DNA of 64,000 bases from Basidiobolus meristosporus CBS 931.73 (Eukaryota > Fungi > Basidiobolomycota), in the NCBI GenBank assembly GCA_002104905.1, contig MCFE01000004.1, positions 124,001-188,000 of the forward strand. Direction: 5' to 3'. Both the position numbers and the translations under genes were made by a program. Shown here piece by piece: positions 15,610-27,562 of the stretch. The first letter of the stretch is position 1. Each line of letters opens with the position of its first letter. Below the pieces are notes generated by a model. The model ran no database searches, was not told the origin of the DNA, and saw nothing but the letters and a program-made list of their open reading frames with translations.

Positions 15610-17068
15610 GTCTACACATCCAGATATTGCAGTGGCAGTTGGAATAGTCAGTTACTTTATGCAGAATTATGGATACAATCAAACTGCAGCAGTTAAGCAA
15701 ATTTTCAGTCATCTACAAGGCACCATAAGTATGATACTGGAATTCTCTGGAGCAGCAAATAGGCAAATATTTGATGGCTATAGTGATTCAGATTGGGGTA
15801 GGGATCTGATTGACAGATGCTTTACCACAGGCTATGTATTTCTTTATGCTGGTGCAGCTATTACATGGAATTGCAAGAAACAACCAACTGTGGCCCTATC
15901 TACAACTGAAGTAGAATATATGGCTGCATGTCAAGCATCTAAGGAGGTTATATGACTACAAAAATTAAAAGACTTGGGTTTTAGTTAAAATGAACCAACA
16001 TGTATTTACAATGATAATCAAAGTTATGTTTTGTTAGCTAGACATCCTACTAATCATGCCAGAACTAAGCACATTGATATGCAGCATCACTTTGTGAGGG
16101 AAGCTGTAGTAAATAACTTAGTAGAGTTAGTGTACTGCCCAACTAACAAAATGGTGGCAGATATATTGGCAAAACCACTAACTAGGCCACAATTTGAGAA
16201 TCTCAGGGAGGAATTAGGATTAAGAAATTATTTAGTTGAGGTGGAGTGTTAAAATATTGGACTATTTGGTATCATTCTGCAGCTGAAAATAAACTTAATT
16301 ATTTTGGACTAGTCTTGGTCACTGCAGGACTAATTTGCAGCTCTTACTTTGCCACTTTCTTCAGATCTATGATCCTATAATTATTCCCCCATAGTCAGGA
16401 TCAAACTAGCACTAATACTACCCATTATGTACTAACCCTGAAACTGTTGCAGAATGCTCCTGAGTGATGAGAAACCCTCCTTACTTAGTGTTACAGCTGT
16501 ATTACTTCTACAAAGGTACAAGTACTGAGCTTCTTTATTAATAAACAACAGTTCAACTATTATCACTATTTCTTGATAAGTTCCTTATATCCTAATCACT
16601 TCTTAAATTGCAACAGTAAACTGGCCAAGTATTATATTTTAATGTACAATAGATATCTGGGGTGAAGTACAGTTAGGGTGTCAAGATAGAAATATACTCA
16701 AGAACAGATTAGTTTATAAATGGGGGTAAGGAAGTGGTCAGATTATCATGTGACTTAATCATGTTACAGACAAATGCCATATATGGTATGAAACTACATA
16801 AGTTCCAATGAGCTGCTTTGGTAAAGTGTTTGATTGTATAATGTAAACCTGGAGCTCTCTAAAAACAGCTAGAATTTGTCGTAAAAATTTTGAGTCCACC
16901 TATTGCTCCCCTAAGTTGGTCACTTAGATCATTACCTACTGGTCATAGTGAATACTGACCAAGTTTCTTGTTGGGATTTACTTAGAATACTTTCACCAAA
17001 ACATCAGGTACCCAAGACATGAAAATTCTCATAATTGTCCAAACACCCCCAAGCTTTTCACATATATT

Positions 17069-17677
17069 TGACTTGTTCCATTGGAATGTGCCACATTGAG
17101 CCATGAGTGCCAATGATGCCATAGTGTGCTAGAGAGGCCAAGTGAGCCTATACTTGGCCACAGAGTGTGCAGCACAGCTCTGCATCTTCATGCAAAGCAG
17201 CCCCTGTGTTTCACCTATTGTGTTGGAGAAAATCCATTTTTTGACCTTTTCTTTTAGGTAAATGTTGTACAGGATGTGCAAGTGCACAAAAGGATTGAAA
17301 ATACACATCTGGTACCCAATACCCATGGAACTCTGAATATAGCTCCTGTGGCTTGTAAAATGTCACAAAAATGCATGGCACTATCTTGGTCCACTGATAC
17401 TCTCTGGCACTATAAGTGCTTTGTAATGATCTTACTAAAGGGCTAATATTTAAATATAGTGCCAGATAGTACTAGTGGACCAAGAAAGTGCCATGCATTT
17501 TTGTAACATGTTACAAGCCACAGGAGCTAGATTCAGAGTGCCATGGGTACTTAGTACCAGATGTATATCTTCAATTCTTTTGTGCACTTGCACATCCTGT
17601 ACAACATTTGCCTAAAAAAAGGTCAAAAAATGGATTTTCTCCAACACAATAGGTGAAACACAGAGGCTGCTTTGCAT
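17069..17677. mobile_element. Foldback/MITE copy with truncated right arm
   Basis: Starts ATT|TGACTTGTTCCATTGG. Left arm runs to ~17410 and the inverted right arm spans 17460-17677. Same family as 30177-30910. Confidence 0.75.
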
Positions 17678-17699
17678 TTGACACCATAAAATAACCTTA

Positions 17700-18425
17700 A
17701 ACAAAATTGCATCCTAGGTTTTACAAAAAATTGGTCAACATTCATCTTCAGAGCAACACAGAAGTTGCTATTGGTTGGTTCTCTGCCAATTTTCTCACGG
17801 TCTGGTCCTAAACACTCAGTCACCTCCTGCATTGGTTTATACTAACTAGCAATTGCTCTTTTTCACTCTATATACTTCCTGATTTATACAATGCTCTCAC
17901 TTTTCATGCATACAAAATGATATATGTAATTTCAATCTTCAGCTGTAACTCATTTCTGAATTGTACAGTCCTATACAAGTTCTTATACCCACACAAATAT
18001 TAAGCACAGCTTCCCCCTTGACATGTAACTCTGGTAAAGTCCACCATTCTTCAGTTATTTTTGACAACACACCCATTTTCTATGACATTGATAGGCATCC
18101 CATGGCTTGATGCTGTAGTTCATCAACTGGTTCCCATATGTCTTGGTCTTCAGCAGGGACTGCAAGGTTTAGCACCACATCTGCCAGTCTTTGCAGTAAA
18201 TCCTTGCAATATTCTAGTACATTTTCTTGAGTACAACTCTGGAAGAAGTACTGCAACCTTTAGCTGTGCCTGTCATTGCCCCAAAACTTTGCTGTGCACA
18301 TTGCAATAGTCCTTGCAGTTTTTGATACTGTTGCTGCATTGGTTAGTGGAATCTTTACTTTGTCTACAATAGGGGGCACACAGGCAGTTGTAGACTTGTT
18401 GTCTTTCTCTGCAATCTCATCTATG
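17700..18425 (-). repeat. Fragment of the degenerate repeat also found at 36000-36720 (CACTA-associated second ORF region)
   Basis: Visible nucleotide homology, e.g. ACTGGTTCCCATAT and TCCTTGCAATA, with 36260-36720. Confidence 0.5.
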
Positions 18426-21400
18426 TTGGATTCAAATGCCACTGGTTTTACCTTTCCCTCATGTTCTTGGCTTAGTGCTCCACCAATGGCATAAACTGAA
18501 GTGTCTGTGCAGAGAGTGAGCTTGTGTCTGAAGTCAGTCATTCTTGAGCATGGCTGCTTAGCAAGCTCATTGTTGAGCATTAGAAGTGCAGTCTCACAGG
18601 CTAAGTTGCACTCTGAGGTGTTGTCTATCAAGAGGATATGAGTCAAAGGGGCCACAATACTTGGAAAGGACTTGACAAGTCTCCAATAATAGGAAACCAT
18701 TCCAAGAAGTGATTTGAGCTGTGAGGTGCTATGGGGCTGCTTCAGACTCTTGAAAACTTCCACTTTCTTAGGGTCAAAGGTCACTCCTGTGCTAGTCACT
18801 ATACATCCCAGACACTTAATGTGCTCCTTGAAGAACTCACATTTTGCTGTCTTGGCAAAAAGCTTGCTCTGGCTTGTCTTCTTCTAAACCTTATCAATGT
18901 GCACCAAGTAGACCTCTTCTGTCTTGAGTTATAACAGTATTCCATCTAGGTAGATTACAATAAACTTGTCTAAGTACTCCTAGAAGACTGTTTGCATCAA
19001 GGTCAAGAATGTTGCAGAGGCATTGGTAAGGCCAAAACTCATGATCAAGTGCTTGTAATGTTCATATCTTGTCCTGCATGCTGCTTTAGGGATGTCTTCT
19101 GGTTTCACCATTATCTGATTGTATCCTGATTTGAGGTCAATCTTGGTGAATATGGTGGCACCATTGGGTTGGTTGAAAAGCTTGTTAATCCAAGGTATGG
19201 GGTACTTGTTCTTCAGAGCCACTGAGTTAGGGGCTCTGTGGTCAATGTGTACCCTAAGCATACCATCCTACTTTTTCACAGACAGCATTGGTTCTCCCCA
19301 AGGTGTCTTGCTGGGCATTGTGTGTCCTAGCTCCATTAGTTGATCATTTTGTTTTTACATCTCTTCCAATTTCAATGGACTTATCCTCTAAGGTGCCTAG
19401 CTTACAAGGGAGTTATCTCCTTTGGCAATGGCATGATTGATATCTCTGACTGGTGGTAGGATTACAAGCTCTTCTTGAGACATGTCTAACACTCCTTCAA
19501 AAGAGTCTGGACTCTCTGGGGTACTGGGGTAGAGGAATCATCCTGCAATAATACCCTGAGAAGCATCCGTGTACTTTTCCTAAGTGCTCTACACTACCTT
19601 GTCTTACTAACTTCACCTGTGTCCAACACACTGGAACTGATCAAGTTGTAGTCCAGTCTGGCAGAGAGTAGTTCATAGATCTGGTTGTCTTTTTTGATTT
19701 GGGTGGCATGGGTTCTCCAATTATTGATGGATTACCATTGAATAGCCCTGTTTTTTCAAGTACCAGGTCAAATTGCAGTTTCCATTATGTGAGAGTTCCT
19801 GCCAACTGTTGAAGCTGAAGTTGATATTGTGGGTTCCATGTTATTTCCAGCTTTTGAGATAATATTTCTGAAATATACTTACATGATGCTTATGAATCAA
19901 TCACAATGATGGCAGGTATTCATCAAGTACTCCATATAAGCAAAAAGGTTTCCCTGAATCTGGGGTCATTTGGAACAGGTACTCTTCTGTCATATGAAAG
20001 GTGAGTTTTGAGTCTTCTTCAAGTATATCTTTGACTTCACTATGTTATTAGGCTTCAATGTGGTTAATGGTTCTTGTCAACTGGTGTTTATCTCTTTGCT
20101 GAGCACAGTACTTTGAGATGTGCCCATACTGGTGGCAACTAAAACAAAGTCCTTTCTTCTTACATTCTTCTAGGCTAGGATTCTTATGCATATCATCTGT
20201 TTCCATTAGCCCTGCTTCTGATTGTCCTCTTTTGTGGTGATTGTAGCTTTTCTGATTGGGTACTGTAGGCTTTCCAACTCCAAGCATAGCTGAGTCATGG
20301 CCAATAGCAATCTTAATGGCTTCTTCAGTAGTTTGAGGTCTTTGATAATTCACTTTCTTGTACTTCCTTTCCCTCAACCCATTGATAAAGGATTCAACTT
20401 GATTTAGGGGACCCATTTGTTCAATGTGTCCAAGTTGACACCCATACTGATAAATCTATTCCTAAACCATCCTTTGTGTCTGAGTGTCTTTAGCTTCCTT
20501 ATTAGCAATTTCTGCTGATGTGGAGTCAGAAAAGCATCCTGAACTTCCAACACAAACTCATCCTAGGTTGAGGTATTAGAGCATAACAATACAGTAACAG
20601 GCCTAATGTTGTTGTAGTACCACTGTAAAGCTGCATCTGCTTAGTAAGAAGCTGCATAATGCTACTTGCATTCTGAGGCCACTCCTTGAGCCTTAAGAGC
20701 TTCTTCAATTTGAAAGAGCCATATTTGCAGGTTTTAATTGTATCTACCATACTATGGATTGACTTTCACATCAAAGTCACCTTTGACAAAGCTCTGCTGG
20801 TTCTTGGCCATGGTAATCAGTCCTTTTGTTGCTGGCTAAGGATCTGGAGAACCTACTATTGTTGGGCCGGAATTTGCTGCTTAGCATTCTTCTATTCTTG
20901 ATTTTTTACATCTTGGGAGGCTTCTTCTTTCTTCAGGAGGGGGGTTTTTGATTATTGCTGTTACCAATGATACAAGTCTACATATAGGAGTTGTAGAGGA
21001 ATAGGGAGTTTAGCTAGTATTGTATTCACAACAACCTGAACTTATCATTGTCAAGGCTCTAGTGGCACTTTGTATACATTTTGCCTGATCACCTCCTGAC
21101 TAATTGTATTTTGTGATTTTAGTTGTGGCTGATGTTCATTCTATTGCATCATCTTCAATTAATTAGATCTTAACTTACAAATCTATTAATGACTGGGTCA
21201 TGATCACATGACAATCATGAACACCCATGCCAAGTTTCAGCTTCCTAGCTCAATTTCTAAGAGATTCCTTCTGGAACCTTCAACCACCTTCCAGAAAGTT
21301 CCTGACCATTCCAAACCATTGATATACAATGGAACATTCCATGGAAGCTTCCTATTGTATTTTTCATAGTCTAGTACCAAATATGGAAATATCAGGTCAC

Positions 21401-21869
21401 ATGACTTTGTAACATGATCAGGTGACCCAGTCCATTTCCCCATCCTGTCTCAGTGCCTTGCCTTCTATATTATTATCCCCAGCACTGCTGCTGTGCCTCA
21501 CCCCACAACCCCATTAGTATTAGCTAATATCTCTTGGCATCAGTATAGCCAAAATGTATATATAGTCCTATCTCCCCTTAAGTATTCCTCAGTCTGATAA
21601 ACACAGGTCTTGATTAAACAGCCTTGCCTTGGAAATCCGGCTTGCCTTGTTGATCCATACCTAAGTCCTTTCTTGGTCCTGCCTTGCCTAGCCCTACTCT
21701 CCTGCCTTGTGTCTATTCATAACAGACTGACAAGGATCTGATGATTCCTCTGCAGACTAAAACCACTGATTTGAAGGATTATAATTATTCACTGATAGGC
21801 TAAGCATAATACTAATTGATTTGATCTAAAACTAATATAACTTTTACATTCAAGCATCATATAATAACA
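18426..21869 (-). mobile_element. Ty3/gypsy Gypsy-2 (Gypsy-1 family), 3'-truncated, 5' LTR interrupted by another LTR-like insert
   Basis: Reverse-complement homology to Gypsy-1 gag, protease, RT and RNase H. PBS TTGGTAACAGC lies at ~20957-20967 and LTR edges at 20968 and 21869. Confidence 0.85.
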
Positions 21870-22940
21870 GTGCTCAACAACTTTGTACATCTTGAATATC
21901 TATTGTAATTTGGGCCTTGGTATAGACACCACCGTATCTCTTTTACATGCTATGATAGATTTTCTGTAGGGTTTATCTTTGAGCACTGCAGTTATTCTTG
22001 AAAGAGTTGTTGGCATTCCTCTGCTGTTACATTGGGATATGACTTAGTTATTAGCTGTGAAATTGAGCTACCCAAGTTCCTTGTGTGCAGCAGAGATATT
22101 TCATTCTCTACCTGGGATACTGATTGCTCTGCACATATCATTCACTCATCTTGACTCTGGAATATCTCATGATTTCTCTGGGTCATTAAATTTATCATCT
22201 CATCCATTGCACCTAATTGCCTCATTGATGCTTCAGTATGAGCTGACAACATATTTGCTGATATGAGTGATGGTGATGTCATGACTTCTGCTTGCTAGTC
22301 TTGAACAAAAGGTATTGCATTTGCCACATTCTCATCTGCCTGAGCATGATGGTCAGCCTGTGGCTTGCAAAGATTCTTATTTGCATACTTGACTGAGAGC
22401 CTAAGGTATCCATACTATTACCTTCAGTGTGCACACTGTTAACATGGCCTTTTTTGGATGCAGCCACGCTAGTTGCACTGAATGTCAATGCAAGCTGTTG
22501 TTCAGCCATTCTTCTGCTGATGTCAGCAGTGCCATTAGGTTGGGGCCCAGAAAGCTTCACATTATTTTTTGGCTGCATAAGTATGAAAGTGAGTCAAGCC
22601 AAAGGGGAAATTGTATTACACATTAGTGTGTGTATGGTGTCACAACTTCATAAATCATGCCTACTATTGTAGGTCTTTACTAAGTCTTACAATCATGTAT
22701 TTGCAATGTCACAAATACAAGACTATCTTGAATTTGTATGAGTAATGACAATGAGGTGTTAAATAGCATTATTCTGTTGAGTGTCAAAATATTTGCCCCT
22801 TGGAGAAGACTACTTTGATTCAACTCAATGAGAGAACAAAAAAATAGACCAGGTGGCTATTGTAGCAAGCCTTTCAGCCCTGAAGCACACAGACAGCATA
22901 TGAAGTATTACAAGGATCACCTGTACTGCAACTTTGCTGG
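21870..22940. repeat. Fragment of the CACTA-associated repeat (homologous to 37540-38450)
   Basis: Colinear nucleotide similarity, e.g. TGGGATACTGATTGCTCT vs TGGGATTCTGATTGCTCT. Confidence 0.6.
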
Positions 22941-23021
22941 CTTCATCCCAGCTTATCTTCTTGATCCACCTCATTGGGAATGGCTTGGTCCTCCAAGTAC
23001 TTTGTAATAAGCTAGGCCAAT

Positions 23022-24599
23022 AGACTTGTTCAATAGTATTGTGCCAGGGCGTGTGGCATAATCTGTGGTCTTTAAGAACAATCAGGCGCAATATTGTTAC
23101 AACCAGTAGGCAGGATTGCTCTTGGACAATTTTGCACCATGCGGGAAAATCTTGCACACTATGGCACAATCTGACACAATGAGGTTGGCACAAATGATTG
23201 CGCCCACTTGTAATGTTTAAATCATGTGCGCAATTGGATACTGCTATTTTATATACTAATGTGATTGTTAAATTTTTCATATATTATGCATTATGCATCT
23301 TGGATTGCATTGACATGGATCAAATCACATCAATTGCAGATTTCCTATTTGATTATAGACTTGTGAGTAGAACATCAATAAAAACACCCAGTCATTGTTT
23401 GAGGATGATTTTTGCAACATAATGATGGGATACATGGCAATTGATGGAGATTCAATCATAATGCATGGAAAATCAGATACATAAAGTTGATTGCGCCAAG
23501 TCATATCAAATCATCTCAGCCCAATCTTTTCCAATTTTAATATGACTTACTCCTCTGAATGGTCTTTTCTCATCAATCCCATCACTACCACTGGATTTCC
23601 TTTTGACACACTAGAGGAGATCTATACCAAGTACTGTGGTCCATCTACCCCAATCTGCACATGGAGATCCCTTGTTAAGCTACTTGGCTATTACAAGATC
23701 TATTGCCCTACAAGGTTTCATCCAACCATCCATGGCAACAGAAGTCCTAGAAGCTTTCATTCTCAGCTGACAGCAATGGAGAACCACCTTGCTGAGGGTA
23801 TGAATGACTTTGAGCAAGCTTGGAGTACTAGGTTTAGAAGCTCCAATAGACTTCCATATCCTAGAGTGTTCAGCAACAGGTTCCATTTTGGGAGTATTTT
23901 GGATACCTACCCATTCAAGATTAATAGGCCTTCTAGAGGGCAGAGGCACTTTTATGCTGGCAAGTACAAGGCACACTGTGTGAAGTTTTGAGCACTGTCT
24001 GACACTGAGGGGAACATCTTCTGGTTTAGTGAGCCATTTGCTGGAAGTAGGCATGACAAAGCACTCTGGGTAGAGAATCATCCAGAATTCAGTATAGGGG
24101 AGAAATGTATGGCAGACTTAGCTTATATAGGAGAGGATTGACAGAGATTAAGATGTATTACAGCTTATAGGAAGCCAAGGAATGGTGTGCCTAGCAGGAA
24201 GCAGAAGCCCTACAATGAGATATTGAATCATTTCACAGTGAGGGTAGAGCATACATTTTGATATCTGAAGAGGTTCAGTATATTGGCAGGTAAATACAGA
24301 GGAAAGTCATATATAGGAGAAAGCAGCAGAATAGGTAAAATTGTTAAGATACTTATCAAGGCACAGTATATTCATACAAGAAGACTTTCTCTGAGAGAAA
24401 TGTGTCTGGAGCATTATGAAGAGTAAATAAAGCAAGGAAAGCGCTACTCTGAGCAACATAAGTAAGATCAAGTAAAATTGCCAGTAACTATAACCTACCA
24501 CTGGCATGATAGTAGAAATTATAGTGCCAGATGGTGTCAGATTGATCTGGCACTATAAGCAGGCTGGCACTATGTGGCACTATCCAACAGAACAAGTCA
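23022..24599 (+). mobile_element. PIF/Harbinger-superfamily (DDE_Tnp_4-like) DNA transposon with decayed transposase
   Basis: TIRs AGACTTGTTC...GAACAAGTCA with perfect AAT/AAT TSD. The transposase remnant (~23300-24420) contains LDTYPFKINRP, YAGKYKAHCVK, GSRHD, MADLAY and RVEHTF motifs with stops. Confidence 0.85.
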
Positions 24600-24988
24600 A
24601 ATATGATTTATGCACCAAGTTGAGTTGTACAACTTGTTCTAGTCTTGATAAGGCATCAGCAACCATTTTTTTCCAAGTGCAGTAGGCAGTCTGTAGGTCA
24701 AATTACGGAATGTATTCACTCCATCTTGTCATACTTCTGGATAGTACCTTCTGACCAAATATATACCTGAGTGAGCCATGATCAGTCAACAGTGTGTACT
24801 AGACTCCTTCAATGTAACATCTCAAGGTCTTCAAGCAGTGTATTATGGCAAGCATCTCCTTCTTATGCACTGGATTGCTTTGCTCTGCTGAGTTCAGTTT
24901 CTTTGACTCAAAAGCAACCTGGTAGTCCTTTCCCTCATGTTCTTAGCTCAGTTCTCCACTAATTGCATAGTCTGAGGCATCTGTGCGC

Positions 24989-26059
24989 TGTGGTGGTGTA
25001 TAGGTCCAGGGGAGAGATACGTCCAACACTTCTCAAGTGTTTTGTGTGTGGGGTGTTCACTGGGTGCAATAACCTCTGGCAAAAGCTTGCTAGGAATACT
25101 TAGGTTCTGTCTCTAATCTAATGTGAAGGGGAATAAAGCCACAAGCTTGTCAAGGGAAAACTATTGAGCTACAATCCCCAACTTAGTTGGCGTCTTAACA
25201 AAAGTATGTGCTGGGTTCAGCGTCCTTTGAGATGACAATGTACTAAAGCTTCCAAAGTCAAAACAACTGTAAACTCCACCAGCAGGGACTTGATAAGAAT
25301 GCAGCTGTGGTCAATAGTTTTAAAGACAGAAAAGTATCTTTGCCTGTACAAGAACAAACTTGGGAAAGAATGAAATAGAATAAAAGATACCTACTCTGAG
25401 TATTCCTCACAAGTAGTGCCTCCAAGGTCAGTTGGCTGTCAGCGCGGTTTCCTGGGAGTGTCTTGTGGTCTGGGGTTGGAAGTTCAGGTAGCAGCAGGTA
25501 GCAGTGATCACACTAATCAACAAGTCGGTATATTGATAAAAAGGATGATGATTTATTGTTGAGGGATAGCCTCCCTTATATACTTTTCTCACTGGCTAAG
25601 TGATTACTAATCATGGTGTTCCAGAAGGTTCCGGAGATCAATAGAAATCTTAATGACATCAGAATGACCTAAGAATGTTCTAAGTAGGTGCCGGAAGGTT
25701 CTAAGAGGCACAGCACATCCAACCAATCAGGAATCAGTAGTCTGAAACCTGTGTAACATGGGGATACCATATATGGTATGGAAATGATAGGGATGGTGAC
25801 ACGGGCTGATTATGTGTCACAGGTACTGGCGCAGGTACTTGCCTAATATAGAAGTACTTATAGCTAGTAATCTTACATAAAGTGAGGGGTAACTTATGCA
25901 ATAAGGTAAGCAGGTGCAATAGTCAACCAGCTTATGGGATAGTACTGATTGGGTAAGACAAATGGGATAAAACTAAAATAAGTGTAGTAGAGATATAGGG
26001 AAGTAGAAAATAAGGGAATGAGCAAATCTGTCAGTGGGTGTCACTGTCACCCCACTACA
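24989..26059 (-). mobile_element. Solo LTR, family D (1071 bp)
   Basis: Reverse complement reads TGTAGTGGGG...CCACCACA. TSD GCGC/GCAC. Inserted in Gypsy-3 RNase H. Confidence 0.9.
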
Positions 26060-27562
26060 GCACAGAGTAAACTCTTTTCTGAAGTCTGGCATTCTTAAGC
26101 TTGGCAGCTTAGCAAGCTCATTCTTGAGCCTCTGAAAGGCAGTCACACAGACTATGTCCCACTTCATGGTGTTGTCTTTCATGGGGATATCAGTTAATGT
26201 GGCTGCAATACTTGCAAAGGACTTGACAAATCTCCTATAATAGGAGACCATTGCAAGGAATGATCTGGGCTCTGATATGCTTTGGGGCTGCTTCACATTC
26301 TTAATGACTTTAAACTTATTGGGGCCTAAGATTACTCTTGTACTAGTCATTATGTGTCCCAGGTATTCAACATGTCCCTTCAAAAACTTACACTTTGCTA
26401 GCTTGCCATTAACTAAGTGCTAGTAATGTCCATATCCGGTCCTGAATGCTGCATTACAGATGCATTCTGGTCTCATCCTAATCAGGTTGCATCCTGACAT
26501 AGGTTCAATTTTGCTGAATATGGTGGCTCCATTGAGTTGGTCAAGAAGCTCATCAATCCAGGGTATGGGGTACTTATTCTTCACAACAACTGAGTTGATG
26601 GCTCTGTAGCCAATGCACATCCTAAGTGCTCCATCCTTCTTTTTCTCAAAAGGAATGGGTGCTCCCCAAAGTGACTTGCTGGGTCCAATATATCCTTGCT
26701 TGAATAACTGATCTATTGTCTCTTGCAGATGGCTATTAAAGCAAGGTCTGTTCTTCTTACATTCTTCTGGTGTGGGATTCTTCTGCATAACATCTATTTC
26801 CATTGACACTGCATCTTATTGTCTTCTTTTGTAGTGACTGTAGCCTCTCTGATTGGCCGTTGTGGGCTTCCTAACTTCAAACATATCTGAGTCATAGTCA
26901 ATGACAATCTTGATAGCTTCTTCAATAGTCTGAGATCTCCAATAATAACTTCCTTACAAGTACTTTCCTTCAACTCATCGGTAAAGTATTCAACTTGATC
27001 CAAGGGGTCCATTTGTTGAATTTGTCAAAGTTGATATCTATACTCATAGATGTATTGTTGAACCATTCCTTTTTGTCTTAATATCTTTAGCTTCCTTCTC
27101 AGTAGTGTCTGCCGGTGTGGGGGTTCAAAAGCCTCCTGAATTTCCAACACAAACATATCCCAGGTAGAGATTATAGAGCATCCCATCATGGTGGCTGACC
27201 TGATCTTGTTGTGGTACCACTGCAAAGCTGCATCTGCTGAGTAAGAAGCTGCATAATGCAACTTGCTTTCTGGAGCAATTCTCTTAGCCATGAAAGCTTC
27301 CTCAATGTGGAAGAGCCAAGTTACCAGGTTTTAATTGACTCTACCATAGTGCCAGTTGACCTTTGCACCAAAGTTGCACTTGACAAGGATTTGCTGGTTC
27401 TGCACCGTGGTAGTCATTCCTTGTTGCTGCTGGCTAAGGATCTGCTGTAACTGCCGCTGTTGGGCCAGGATTTGCTGCATAGCATTTTTCCATTCTTGTT
27501 TTTCAGGCATCTTAAGGGGGAATTCTTCTTTCTTCAGGGGAGGATATTTCTGATTATTGCGG

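Larger units (their letters stand above)
2612..16615 (+). mobile_element. Ty1/copia element Copia-1 (old, degenerate), host to nested Gypsy-1 and Copia-2
   Basis: LTRs at 2612-2977 and 16247-16615 share diagnostic variants (e.g. CATTCTGCAGCT, GAGTGATGAGAAACCCTCCTTACT) absent from the Copia-2 LTRs. Gag-PR-IN-RT-RH fragments at 3014-4730, 9657-10936 and 15610-16246 carry many stops. No TSD found. Confidence 0.85.

Noticed and set aside
2612-16615. Four Copia LTRs as a head-to-tail tandem array
   Set aside because: Diagnostic variants pair LTR 1 with LTR 4 and LTR 2 with LTR 3, and the host pol resumes after 15609, so the structure is nested.
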